Positions 32,316 through 42,132 of a DNA stretch of 64,000 nucleotides are shown here, piece after piece (positions within the stretch are counted from its first letter, which is position 1; each line of letters starts with the position of its first letter). The position numbers and the translations under genes are program-made. The DNA comes from Bdellovibrionales bacterium (GTDB lineage Bacteria; Bdellovibrionota; Bdellovibrionia; Bdellovibrionales; Bdellovibrionaceae): assembly GCA_043753645.1 (NCBI GenBank), contig JAYUWH010000115.1:141-64140 (forward strand), given 5' to 3'. The notes under the pieces were generated by a model. The model was given only the letters and a program-made list of their open reading frames with translations, did not search any database and had not been told where the DNA came from.

Positions 32316-33164
32316 ATGATTGAAGGACTAGAGGCTCTTATTGCCTTAGAACGAACAGGAACCATCAGCGAGGCCGCTGCCCAGCTTCGACTGACTCAAT
32401 CTGCTGTTAGTAAACGCATTCAAACTTTGCAAAACGAAGTTAAATTTGCGGTGATTGAGCCCGACGGACGTCGAGTTCGCATCACTGCAAAAGGCCAAGC
32501 TCTGATCGACCAAGCCCGCCCCTTAATTTCTGAACTTAAAAATCTTCGTCATTTACAAGTGGTGAATCAGTTAACGCAGTTTTCTATTGGAATTTCAGAT
32601 TCTATTGCAGCATCGTGGGGGCCACGCCTGATTCGGCTAGCTGCAAAAAAAGAAAAGGGCATTCAATTTAACATGCATGTGCATCGAAGCACTTTAGTGG
32701 AAGAGAATGTAAAACTAGGCCGCTATCACTTAGGCTTGTGTGTTAGTTCGGCCTTAGATAAAAACTTAGTCTCTGAAACGATTTCCGAAGAACCTATGGT
32801 TCTTTTGGCCAACCGCTTCGATGCCAACATACCAAGTACTAATTTAATTACGATTGAACAAAATTCAGCAACCTGGAAAGCCGTGGGCGACAGAATATTA
32901 AAACACGCAAAATTAAAGGACTTTGAATTGACGTACGTGGAATCTTTTTCAGCGATCGTGCAAATGGTGCAAGAAGGTTTTGGCCACGGTTTGGTTCCCA
33001 TCGGAGTCGCCTTAACAATGGGAGCCCCAAAAAAAGCGATTCAATTATTATTACCAAATATCCGCCGTGAAATTAAATTAATTTCAAGAAAAAGCATTTC
33101 GCTATTACCTGAAATTCAATCGTTTCAGCGGTCTCTAATAACCACATCAAAAGAATTATTTTAA
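32316..33164 (+). CDS. LysR-family transcriptional regulator
   Basis: N-terminal HTH GTISEAAAQLRLTQSAVSKRIQTLQ; divergent from aconitase. Confidence 0.92.
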   Translation: MIEGLEALIALERTGTISEAAAQLRLTQSAVSKRIQTLQNEVKFAVIEPDGRRVRITAKGQALIDQARPLISELKNLRHLQVVNQLTQFSIGISDSIAASWGPRLIRLAAKKEKGIQFNMHVHRSTLVEENVKLGRYHLGLCVSSALDKNLVSETISEEPMVLLANRFDANIPSTNLITIEQNSATWKAVGDRILKHAKLKDFELTYVESFSAIVQMVQEGFGHGLVPIGVALTMGAPKKAIQLLLPNIRREIKLISRKSISLLPEIQSFQRSLITTSKELF

Positions 33165-34301
33165 TTGATGACAAGGTAATGTGAATCGCTGCGCCAACTG
33201 CAAGCCATAGCGCCGAAAAGGTTGTTCCACAAAGCGGTAATTAAGTTCGCTAAATAAAAATAAGATTGGATAAGCGATTGCCGCTAGTTTCCATGAATCG
33301 TCCGGCGAAAACCGAAACCCTGGTTCAGTGAATTGATACATCACCTCATAGGATAAGCGAAAAGCAATAATATGAATTAGGTAAATGGAATAGGATCTGC
33401 TACCAAGCCACACTAGAATACGGCGAAACCAGTTGTCAGGCATGATGTAACTGTTATCAAATGAAGCCAAATAAACTAGTGCAGCACATGTTAAGGCCAG
33501 CAGCCCCGTGCCTACTTGTATTTGATTCGGAGTAGCCGGAAAAATGGACATGGCTGCAATTAGTCCAAAAACTATTATGGGCTGAAGCCAAAAAAAACGT
33601 TTTAAGAACTTCGGCTCGAATTTCAAATAGGATTTCTTTTGGCTCCAAATAGCAAGTAGCACTCCGTATATTAATGCATCTGTGCGCACCGCCCAACCTA
33701 GTGACCAATCTGGACGAAAAATAAAAAATTGCACAACGCTTGCTAGAATTAAAAATGGTACTAAAAATCTTCGTAATAAAAATATTGTTACAGGCAATAA
33801 AATATAAAATTGCTCTTCTAAGGATAAACTCCAGTAAATGCCGTTGGGCCCGCAGCTCATTGCACGGCCAGCACCACATTTTAAACCATAGATATTGGCC
33901 CACTGTAAAATGGCGGCCATGCTGTCTTTGATATTTTGAGTTAAGTTTCCGAAGGCTCCGGCGTAATTTAGGTATTGTGTACAAAGTAAATAAATGCCGA
34001 TCCATAGCCAAGCCGACGGCAAGATGCGGAAAAAACGCCGAATCCAGAATCCGCCTGCTGTGCGCCAATAAAATCCAGAACTTCTTGCCAACTGCTGGGT
34101 AAAACTACGCATGATTACAAAACCAGAAATAACAAAAAACAAATCTACGCCGCCCCAGAAAGTTGCTGTCGAATAGACGTCGTTAAAAAAAGAGTTCGGC
34201 AAAATAAATAGATAAAAAGGAGTGTGATGAAAAAGCGTAAACAATATTGCCACAGCACGAAGACATTCAATTTCATCAAGACGATGATTTTTAGTTAGCA
34301 T
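33156..34301 (-). CDS. Acyltransferase family 3 (OafA/YrhL-like)
   Basis: LRAVAIL, GVDLFFVISGF, RRFFRILP, WSLSLEEQFY, SYSIYLIH. Confidence 0.92.
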   Translation of the reverse strand: MLTKNHRLDEIECLRAVAILFTLFHHTPFYLFILPNSFFNDVYSTATFWGGVDLFFVISGFVIMRSFTQQLARSSGFYWRTAGGFWIRRFFRILPSAWLWIGIYLLCTQYLNYAGAFGNLTQNIKDSMAAILQWANIYGLKCGAGRAMSCGPNGIYWSLSLEEQFYILLPVTIFLLRRFLVPFLILASVVQFFIFRPDWSLGWAVRTDALIYGVLLAIWSQKKSYLKFEPKFLKRFFWLQPIIVFGLIAAMSIFPATPNQIQVGTGLLALTCAALVYLASFDNSYIMPDNWFRRILVWLGSRSYSIYLIHIIAFRLSYEVMYQFTEPGFRFSPDDSWKLAAIAYPILFLFSELNYRFVEQPFRRYGLQLAQRFTLPCHQLK

Positions 34302-34342
34302 CTTCTGCTATGGTCAATCAGATTCAGTGTCGAATCAAGCTT

Positions 34343-37300
34343 CTATTTAAAGCTGGGCTTCACCACTTGAGCTTGAGCATCCATGACAAGATCTGAAAAC
34401 GAGAATTTATTCTGCGGCGTTAGTACCAATAAATTCTCTGCTCCTAAACCTTTCGTTAACTCGACAGATTTAGTTTCAGCGCCTTTTAGCGAAATCATTT
34501 CAGGCAAACCCACAAAAGATTGCTCAGCTTTGTTTAATGAAATCACACGAACACCTGTACCTAAATAATCGTCTAACTGAACAGAGCTGGCCTCATTATG
34601 AGATACCACAAGCTTAAAGGCCAAATTTCCAACGGCATTTTTAGCTAATTTAGAAACAGCGGCTTCAACAACCACAATCGATGAATTATTAAATACTTGC
34701 AATGGTCGCACATCAACCAGGGCCTCATCGTACTGCTCTTCATCTTTAGCTTTTTGTAATGCTTTTGGATCGTTTTTTACAAGCTGAATCTTGGCTTCAT
34801 AGGCCTTACGAAGTTCACGTGCTTTTGTTGCATTCAATAATGTTGATGCAAATAGCTCGCTTTTTTGTCCTGGAATTGATTTTAAGCTAGCTCCTAATAA
34901 TTCTTGCTCGGGAATGCCATCACCGTTGGTGTCGATCAACAAGCTGATGTCGCAGGTATTCCATGTGGTCATTGGCTTATATGTTTTAATTGCAACCTGA
35001 AGAATGTCTTCATCCTCATTAGTCGCATTTTTCTTTGAAACAATTCGATAACCCGCCAGCTGTAAATCACAATCTGCTGTCATGTAAGAATCGGCGGCTG
35101 GCTTTCTGTCATCTTTACCAAGCATATTAAATAGTAAGGCTTGTCCAACATTGCCATTGGCATTATTCAACTGAACTGAAGCCGCAGCACCCGCTGCATC
35201 TTGCGGAGATGTCGCTTGCACTAATAACTTACTGGCTTCAATCGCAGATAACCGATGAGCCACAGCAAGCACCGGAATGCGGTAAACCTCTTCTGTTCCT
35301 TTTAGAATCTTTACCCACCCGTCCATTTCACGGATCGATTCTTCTTTCATATTCGTCGCATCTAAAGTCAAAGTGACAGATATTTCAGAAACAGATTTTG
35401 CTTTCACAACAACAGAAGTTGCTGACATCGAAATAAATTCATTTCCTTCAAACGTTAAATTTAAACTTTGATCCGCATCCGAAATATTTTTTAAGTGAAT
35501 CAAGCGACGAACTGATTTTTTTGATTCAATGCCCGTTTCACCTAAGGAAAAAGATGCTTCAGCGGCAACTAACGTTGAAAAAGCGGCGCGGTCTGCCTGC
35601 ACCCGACCAGAACCTTGTAAAGTAATTGAATATCGCTGATCCTTTTCACCTATCGTCTTAGCCGTTCCCATAACGATGTTTTTTAGTTCTTCTGCAGTTA
35701 ACTGCGATTGAGCTTGCTTAACTAGCGCAATAACACCAGTCATGTGTGGAGCCGCCATAGAGGTACCTGAAAACTGCACCACTTTATTGCCGCTTCCCAT
35801 TTTCGCAGAAATAACATTATTTCCCGGAGCAGAAATTTCAGGCTTGATTAACCCATCGATTGAACGAGGTCCCTTCGAAGTAAATGATGTCAGAGTGTCA
35901 ATCAGCTCAGGCTTTTCTATTTTTTCTTCACTCGCAAAATTGATCGTAACTTCGGTGGTTTTCTGCGCTTCTTTAATTTTATTTCCAACCGCTAAAGTGA
36001 CCATGATCGCGGGAATTTGAAAATCATCCTTTGTGCCCATGGCAATTGGTGCGCCTTCTTGATTATTAGCCACTACGACTCCGATAGCGCCAGCTTCAGC
36101 TGCACGACGAACCTTATCGTTAAATGCAACAACACCACGATCAATGAATGCAACATTTCCGCGAACTGCATTTTTTTGCTCTTCCGTGAAATCTTCGGTC
36201 GCAAGTCCCAAGTAAACCAATTTCCCAGAAACAGCTCCGGCGTCAACAATCTTTTTTGTGGTTGCTGCTTCAATCGCTTCAACAATTAAAGTTTCAGTTC
36301 CTAAAAATATTTTTGACGAATTAAATTTCCAATTTTGATCGCTGTTATCGATAGATGCTGCCACTGATAAAGCTTCATCGACGGTTCCCGGTGCTCCGAC
36401 AATATAATCCAGATGTCCTGAATTACCACCTGAAGCCACAACAACAGTTCCACCACGCACTAAGTTTTTAATTGCTTCAGAATAAAGAATATGTGGATTT
36501 CCGTAACCGCTACCTAATGACATGTTCACGACATCAAGTTGATCAGCGATATCACCGTCACCATTTGGATCTGCAGCATATTCTAAAGCGGCAATGACGA
36601 CTGAATCACTGGTGGAACCTTCGGCACCAAACACCTTTATGGCATGTAAAGCCGCATCCGGAGCCATTCCTGTGTACGAATTAACTCCATCACCAATTCC
36701 TGCAATAGTTCCCGCAACGTGAGATCCATGGCCGGCTTCATCGATTGGATTCATATCTGGTTTTGGAATACGTTTAGAAAAATCTGGAGAAGCTGAGTCA
36801 AATTCAGTTCCCACTAAATCAATACCACCCACGACTTTTTCACTTGGAAAGCCCACCGCAGGACCTGATGGATTAATGGCTTTGTAAGCTTCTTCTGTGC
36901 CAGCCCCTTTAAACATGATGTGCGTGTAATCAATTCCGGTATCGATGACTCCGACTTTCATGCCTTTTCCTGTGATACCTTTTTCGTGTAAGGCCTCAAC
37001 ACCAATAAATTTGGCTGAATTTCTTTCCAGAATAGTACTGGCTTGAAGACTGTTTGATAACTCTGGATTGATCGGTCTTGCAAAAGTTCCGTTACCTTCG
37101 GAGTAAGCAATCTGACCAACGGTTTTAATTTTTTCTTGAAGTTCAATCGGCGCCAAAATCGCAATCGCGTTCAGCACCATTTTATAACGATACAGAACTT
37201 GAATTTCTGCAGATAAATTTTTCAAAGCAACGATCGCCTCATCTTGCTCTTTTAGAATGGTCGCTTTCAGTTCTTGATCCACAACGACTTTTCCGGTCGA

Positions 37301-37504
37301 CTTGTTAGCCGTTTGCAATAGCGATGGATTTTTCAACTTTAATACGCCAATAAAATACTTTGAATTCTGTGGCCGCGTGCTGACGATATTGCTAGAATCT
37401 TTAAGTAGCGGATTCATTTTCACTGAAGAGTTTTGCTGGGTGCAAGACGCCACTAGTGTAAAACCCATCACGAAAAAAATTTGTTTAATACTGAATATTT
37501 TCAT
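34343..37504 (-). CDS. Lipoprotein subtilase (S8, Vpr-like) with PA domain
   Basis: Lipobox VASC; VGVIDTGIDY, GHGSHVAG, SGTSMAAPH catalytic triad; PA insert. Confidence 0.93.
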   Translation of the reverse strand: MKIFSIKQIFFVMGFTLVASCTQQNSSVKMNPLLKDSSNIVSTRPQNSKYFIGVLKLKNPSLLQTANKSTGKVVVDQELKATILKEQDEAIVALKNLSAEIQVLYRYKMVLNAIAILAPIELQEKIKTVGQIAYSEGNGTFARPINPELSNSLQASTILERNSAKFIGVEALHEKGITGKGMKVGVIDTGIDYTHIMFKGAGTEEAYKAINPSGPAVGFPSEKVVGGIDLVGTEFDSASPDFSKRIPKPDMNPIDEAGHGSHVAGTIAGIGDGVNSYTGMAPDAALHAIKVFGAEGSTSDSVVIAALEYAADPNGDGDIADQLDVVNMSLGSGYGNPHILYSEAIKNLVRGGTVVVASGGNSGHLDYIVGAPGTVDEALSVAASIDNSDQNWKFNSSKIFLGTETLIVEAIEAATTKKIVDAGAVSGKLVYLGLATEDFTEEQKNAVRGNVAFIDRGVVAFNDKVRRAAEAGAIGVVVANNQEGAPIAMGTKDDFQIPAIMVTLAVGNKIKEAQKTTEVTINFASEEKIEKPELIDTLTSFTSKGPRSIDGLIKPEISAPGNNVISAKMGSGNKVVQFSGTSMAAPHMTGVIALVKQAQSQLTAEELKNIVMGTAKTIGEKDQRYSITLQGSGRVQADRAAFSTLVAAEASFSLGETGIESKKSVRRLIHLKNISDADQSLNLTFEGNEFISMSATSVVVKAKSVSEISVTLTLDATNMKEESIREMDGWVKILKGTEEVYRIPVLAVAHRLSAIEASKLLVQATSPQDAAGAAASVQLNNANGNVGQALLFNMLGKDDRKPAADSYMTADCDLQLAGYRIVSKKNATNEDEDILQVAIKTYKPMTTWNTCDISLLIDTNGDGIPEQELLGASLKSIPGQKSELFASTLLNATKARELRKAYEAKIQLVKNDPKALQKAKDEEQYDEALVDVRPLQVFNNSSIVVVEAAVSKLAKNAVGNLAFKLVVSHNEASSVQLDDYLGTGVRVISLNKAEQSFVGLPEMISLKGAETKSVELTKGLGAENLLVLTPQNKFSFSDLVMDAQAQVVKPSFK

Positions 37505-37706
37505 AAATTCCCCTTAAGTAAAACTCTAAAACTGCGCAGGTTATAAGCTATCCAACAGACGCCGTCGACAAAAAACGTCAACTTGTCACCAAATTGACTT
37601 ATAAAAGAATGAATATTCAAGGAATGGACCAATGTTGAAAATAATTTATTTTTAATTTTGAAAATATGTGTTTTTATAAGAAAAAGATTCAACTCAGGAG
37701 AAAAAA

Positions 37707-38309
37707 ATGAAAAAAATGATACTTTTAGCAGCAATCGCTTTATCGACAACTTTATCTTATGCAGCCGACAAGAAAGACAAATCTACAGCCGTGGTAAAGC
37801 ACGAAGTCGTAGGAAATGCGAAATGGACTGGTTACGGCGTTGGAAAATCGCACACCGGTGATGTTCAAGTAAAAAAAGGCGAAATCGAAATGAAAGGTGA
37901 CGAGCTGGTTGGCGGAACTTTCGTCATGGACATGAAAACTTTAAAAACCGCGGATTCTCCAAAATTAGAAGGTCATTTGCAATCACCAGATTTTTTCGAT
38001 ATCGCAAAATTTCCAGAGGCAACTTACAAAATTACTAAAGTTGAAGCTATCAAGGCAGTTCCGCCGGGATCTCCGACTCATAAAATTTCTGGAATGTTGA
38101 CGATCAAAAACAAAACCGAACCTTTAGAGATGATGGCTTCGATCACCAAAAAAGATGGTCATTACAATGCCGTGGCAACGACAGAAATAAAAGACCGCAC
38201 AAAATACGATATCGTTTACAACTCGAAGCAGTTCAAAACCGTTTCAGCATTGGGCGACAAGCTAATCGAAGACCGCATCAAACTAGATTTAAACGTAACA
38301 ACAAAATAG
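37707..38309 (+). CDS. YceI-like lipid/polyisoprenoid-binding protein
   Basis: SD AGGAG, signal peptide, HLQSPDFFD..KFP, G.LTIK. Confidence 0.9.
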   Translation: MKKMILLAAIALSTTLSYAADKKDKSTAVVKHEVVGNAKWTGYGVGKSHTGDVQVKKGEIEMKGDELVGGTFVMDMKTLKTADSPKLEGHLQSPDFFDIAKFPEATYKITKVEAIKAVPPGSPTHKISGMLTIKNKTEPLEMMASITKKDGHYNAVATTEIKDRTKYDIVYNSKQFKTVSALGDKLIEDRIKLDLNVTTK

Positions 38310-38349
38310 TACCTGCTCACTTATCTGAATGCTATGCGTTACTGATTTT

Positions 38350-38382
38350 AAAAAGAGAAGGCCCCATGGCTTCTCTTTTTTT
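38350..38382 (+). terminator. Rho-independent terminator (possibly bidirectional)
   Basis: AAAAAGAGAAGGCC-CCAT-GGCTTCTC hairpin followed by T7. Confidence 0.75.
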
Positions 38383-38432
38383 ATTTAAAAACTTCAATTT
38401 AAGTTCTTAAATTTTTAAAGCTTTAGATCTTA

Positions 38433-38836
38433 TCACTCAACACGAAACAGTTTTTGGATTTCTTGCCAAATAAATTCTGCAGAAATTTTCGAGAACGCCG
38501 GCGTTGTCACATTTTTAGAAAATAAAGTTTGATAATTGTTATCGAAATTTAAATCGAAGGAATAAAAGTCGATTAAAAAGTACTTCATTTCACCTGAGCT
38601 TCCCTTAACTAGCACGTCGCTAAAGGTCTGGCCCAATTGCTTCAGGAAGGCTTTATTTTCCACAGGCAATAAAAAGAAGATCATCTGGCCGAAATGATTT
38701 TTGCTGAGAAATAAAGTACTGCAGTTGATTTATTAATGATCGTGCCGTCTACTCGTTATCTTTTCTGTTTGGCACAGCGACTCGAGCAATATCTTGAGAA
38801 TAATTAATGCAGCAAAGCAGGCCAAAGATTTTTCAT
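38433..38836 (-). pseudogene. Probable decayed gene downstream of top6A
   Basis: Strong SD AGGAG + ATG at 38836 but a stop after 10 codons; protein-like text alternates between frames up to the 83-aa ORF 38433-38684, which has no SD. Confidence 0.35.
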
Positions 38837-38896
38837 AAACTCCTTTATGACTTTTCTTTGATTTGCTTGATATTTGCTTCAGCGCCTAAATAATAA

Positions 38897-40060
38897 TTAG
38901 ACGTAATCGCCATTTTTAATTTTTTCGAGAATGATTTTTTCAGTCTTAATAGGATCGCGTGGATCAACTGAGAAATAACTTTGTTGCTCGCAACGAATCT
39001 TTTCTTTAATCAGCCAGCGTAAAATGTCAGATAATCTTTTATTTTTCTTATCACGAAAGAATGGATCATTTTCTAACGCATCTTTTGCTTTTTTCAAAGC
39101 GCGTGCTTCCTGCGGGTCTGATTCTTTCACGTTGTAATGAGGTAAATCGTATTTTTTTACGTCTCCTGGTAGCACACCTAAAAAACGCACGTTCGGAGCC
39201 GAAAAATCACTATTACGAATAAGTGAAGCGGCCGATCCTGCTTTTAAAGTACGGAAAATATTTTGCATGGTGTAAGCATCCAGATCACCGAAAAAATACA
39301 TCGGCACATCCAGCTGATCTTCAATTAATTTACACCAGCCGCGCACGCCATTTGATGGCACACCCTGAGCGCCCATCAAGATGCAATTATTTCGCTTCGT
39401 AAAACCCATGGCTTGTAAAGTACCTGCAGTACCTTCGGATTCAACGACTAAGCAAAAATCAATTTTCTTTTTAGCACGCAGTTTCAAGGCTTGCGGTTTA
39501 TTTTTTGGCTGAAACGGAGACGTTCCCAAAGTCGAAAGATCTACATTGGCTTTAGTGCCATCTGCTAATGTCTCAGTGACTAATAACTGCTGTGAATAAG
39601 TTTGTCCGCCGCGATCATTGGCAAAACAATTCAATTCTTCGCGGTACACTTCCAACATATCCCCAATAAAGTCGATGATCGAATCAGATTCTTCCTGTCC
39701 ATCAAAATCTAATGGCCTATAACGTGAATTTCCTTTAATTAGACCTTTGCAAATATAATACAATTCACGCTTCGTATTGACGGCGCCGATATCCAAATTT
39801 CGTAACAAAATTTCTAACATAAAAACAACGCGCGCTAATTTTTGCACGGACGACACATTAAGTTCCGTACGGACAACTTTATCGCCTGGAGTTAAATAAC
39901 CAACTTTAGCATTATACTCTGAATTATCTAACGAAGTTTTAACGGCTTCAAGATAAGGACGCTTAGAATTTTCTAAGTCCTTTAACATTCTTTCGGCTAA
40001 GTTTTTTGCTTCCTTGGGTATATCTAATCGCAATTCGCGAATTTTTGTAAGACCAGCCAT
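38897..40060 (-). CDS. top6A: DNA topoisomerase VI subunit A (Spo11-like)
   Basis: TKRELYY catalytic Tyr region; TOPRIM VVESEG and FGDLDAY; G.GVP motif. Confidence 0.93.
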   Translation of the reverse strand: MAGLTKIRELRLDIPKEAKNLAERMLKDLENSKRPYLEAVKTSLDNSEYNAKVGYLTPGDKVVRTELNVSSVQKLARVVFMLEILLRNLDIGAVNTKRELYYICKGLIKGNSRYRPLDFDGQEESDSIIDFIGDMLEVYREELNCFANDRGGQTYSQQLLVTETLADGTKANVDLSTLGTSPFQPKNKPQALKLRAKKKIDFCLVVESEGTAGTLQAMGFTKRNNCILMGAQGVPSNGVRGWCKLIEDQLDVPMYFFGDLDAYTMQNIFRTLKAGSAASLIRNSDFSAPNVRFLGVLPGDVKKYDLPHYNVKESDPQEARALKKAKDALENDPFFRDKKNKRLSDILRWLIKEKIRCEQQSYFSVDPRDPIKTEKIILEKIKNGDYV

Positions 40061-40067
40061 ACTTCAC

Positions 40068-41804
40068 CTATTTCTTTTGCTTTTTCTTTACAGGTTTATT
40101 TGCTTTTGCGGATTTTAGCTCTTGCTTATCTGAACTTACTTCTTCGTTTGGCCCCTGCATTTCATCAATTTCGATACCCTGTTTTTTTGCTTCTTTAGCT
40201 TTTTGCGCTTCTAATTTTGTCTGAGCCTCTTCAAGCTGATTAACTGCTACTTCAGAGTCGCGCCCCAAAATTTTCTTCAAACCCTCTTCAGCTTTTTTCT
40301 TACGAGCTTCACTAGCACCAGCTAGTAGAACTAATTTTTCTACTAAAATGGGACCAAATTGCTCGATGTGAGCTAATTTTCGTTCTAAATCAGCTTCTTT
40401 AGTTTCGTGCTTAATATGACGGGATAATTTCTGACCAGCTTGCATTAATGCACGACGGATCTCTTCGACCAGTTCTTCAGAAGCATCAATCGTTTCTTTT
40501 GAAGCATTTTTAAATTTAATAAACGGAGACACCACCGACACTGCAAAAACATACGGTCCTTGCGGAAGCGATTCCTTTGGCTGAGACAGCCCATAAGATT
40601 TCCAATTAACGCTTTCGATCGCCCATGTGATTGCACATCCTGACTTATCGAATTGTAGCGGAACTCGATTTGCAAAACGTAGCAACTGCACAGGTGAGCC
40701 GTCTTCACCGCGATTAATAAACCGCGCTAAAGCTACTTCGACGACCACGGGTTTAAAGTCGCAAATCGTTGGTTTACGAGTCACCACAGAAAAGAAATCG
40801 ACTTGTCCAAGACGATTAATTGATTTTGAAAGTGAATCTTCTCCGACTGTTAACACAGATTTTGTCGACGGCGAGATTAATGTTGTGTTTTGCACAGCTT
40901 GGAATACTTTTTTAAAATCTTCTTCAGATAAGGATGTTACGGATTTTTCTACTAAGCCTTTTGGCATTCCCGCTTTTATAAAATCAGTAATAGAAGAATC
41001 TGTGATGCGTGAAAATCCCGTTTTCAAAAACTTGGATAAACTGACTTTACCGTACAAAGTCGCATGAGTGATAAACTCACCCAATTTAAACGTGTGCGGA
41101 TGCGGTAAAGTGGCTTCAGGAATTTCCGGCGAATCATTGCTGACACGGTCTGTTTTTTGCCAATCAAGGTCTCCTAATTTAAATTTCATCGTAACATGAG
41201 GATTAAGTAACGCCGTTCCTTCGATGTAGGTTTGCAATCCACCATCACCGTTCAATTGAATACGGCCGTCCATTAAAAATTCAACGCGAACGCCACTAGT
41301 TTTATTTTTCCAGTCGATCATCTCTTTATTTTTTACAATGCCAGTATTGGTTTTGATATCCACATCAACTTGGGCTGAAATTGCTTTTCGCATTGCTTTG
41401 GTTTTTGAAATTACTTGCACGCCTTTAGCATTGGTCATTTGCGCCCAAGTCGTTGCCGCAGAAATACCAATTCCTTGCTGACCACGCGAACATTGGCCTT
41501 TACCGAATTTCGACGATGCTAAATATTCTCCAAAAACTTTAGCAATATTATCGACATCAATACCAGGACCGTTATCTTCGACAACGATGCGAACTAAATC
41601 GGTATTTTTTGTCGAGCCGTTTCCGACTTTAGTCACTTCGATATCTAAATCAGGTAAAATTCCATGCTCTTCGCACGCGTCTAGTGAATTATCGACGGCT
41701 TCTTTAAGCGTGGTTAATACCGCCTTCAAAGGAGACGAAAACCCCACCTGCTGAAGATTCTTGGCAAAGTATTCTGCCGTGCTACTTTTCGTGATTTTGC
41801 TCAC
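40068..41804 (-). CDS. top6B: DNA topoisomerase VI subunit B (GHKL ATPase)
   Basis: S.AEYFAKN...GF, KEAVDNSLDACEE, EDNGPGI, SRGQQGIGIS, LLRFANRVPL, SKE.I. Confidence 0.95.
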   Translation of the reverse strand: MSKITKSSTAEYFAKNLQQVGFSSPLKAVLTTLKEAVDNSLDACEEHGILPDLDIEVTKVGNGSTKNTDLVRIVVEDNGPGIDVDNIAKVFGEYLASSKFGKGQCSRGQQGIGISAATTWAQMTNAKGVQVISKTKAMRKAISAQVDVDIKTNTGIVKNKEMIDWKNKTSGVRVEFLMDGRIQLNGDGGLQTYIEGTALLNPHVTMKFKLGDLDWQKTDRVSNDSPEIPEATLPHPHTFKLGEFITHATLYGKVSLSKFLKTGFSRITDSSITDFIKAGMPKGLVEKSVTSLSEEDFKKVFQAVQNTTLISPSTKSVLTVGEDSLSKSINRLGQVDFFSVVTRKPTICDFKPVVVEVALARFINRGEDGSPVQLLRFANRVPLQFDKSGCAITWAIESVNWKSYGLSQPKESLPQGPYVFAVSVVSPFIKFKNASKETIDASEELVEEIRRALMQAGQKLSRHIKHETKEADLERKLAHIEQFGPILVEKLVLLAGASEARKKKAEEGLKKILGRDSEVAVNQLEEAQTKLEAQKAKEAKKQGIEIDEMQGPNEEVSSDKQELKSAKANKPVKKKQKK

Positions 41805-42132
41805 TAAAACTCCCTTAAAATAGACTAAAAACCAGTGAAATTAGCCCGTTTTGACCCTAAAAATTGGCAAAACAGCTAGCTTTCCGCACACAATTCTTCT
41901 TGATAACTCTTTTATTGAAGGGGTAACGGGCGATTAAAATCAAGCCCTCTGATAACTTGCGGCGCGTTAGCCTGCCGAAATGCTTAGACATTTAGCGCTA
42001 CAGACAAATTATGCGATTTTAAGGGTCAGCCAAAGGCCCTAGCCCTACGCACGGCTTCTGCAAAAGTTTGCAGGTTAAGATTTTTTTTATTCGTAGTTCT
42101 TGTACTATTAACTATAAAACTAAAGGATCAAT

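Noticed and set aside
33457-34068. 203-aa alternative-frame ORF inside the acyltransferase
   Set aside because: Same-strand shadow ORF with no SD and no recognisable motif
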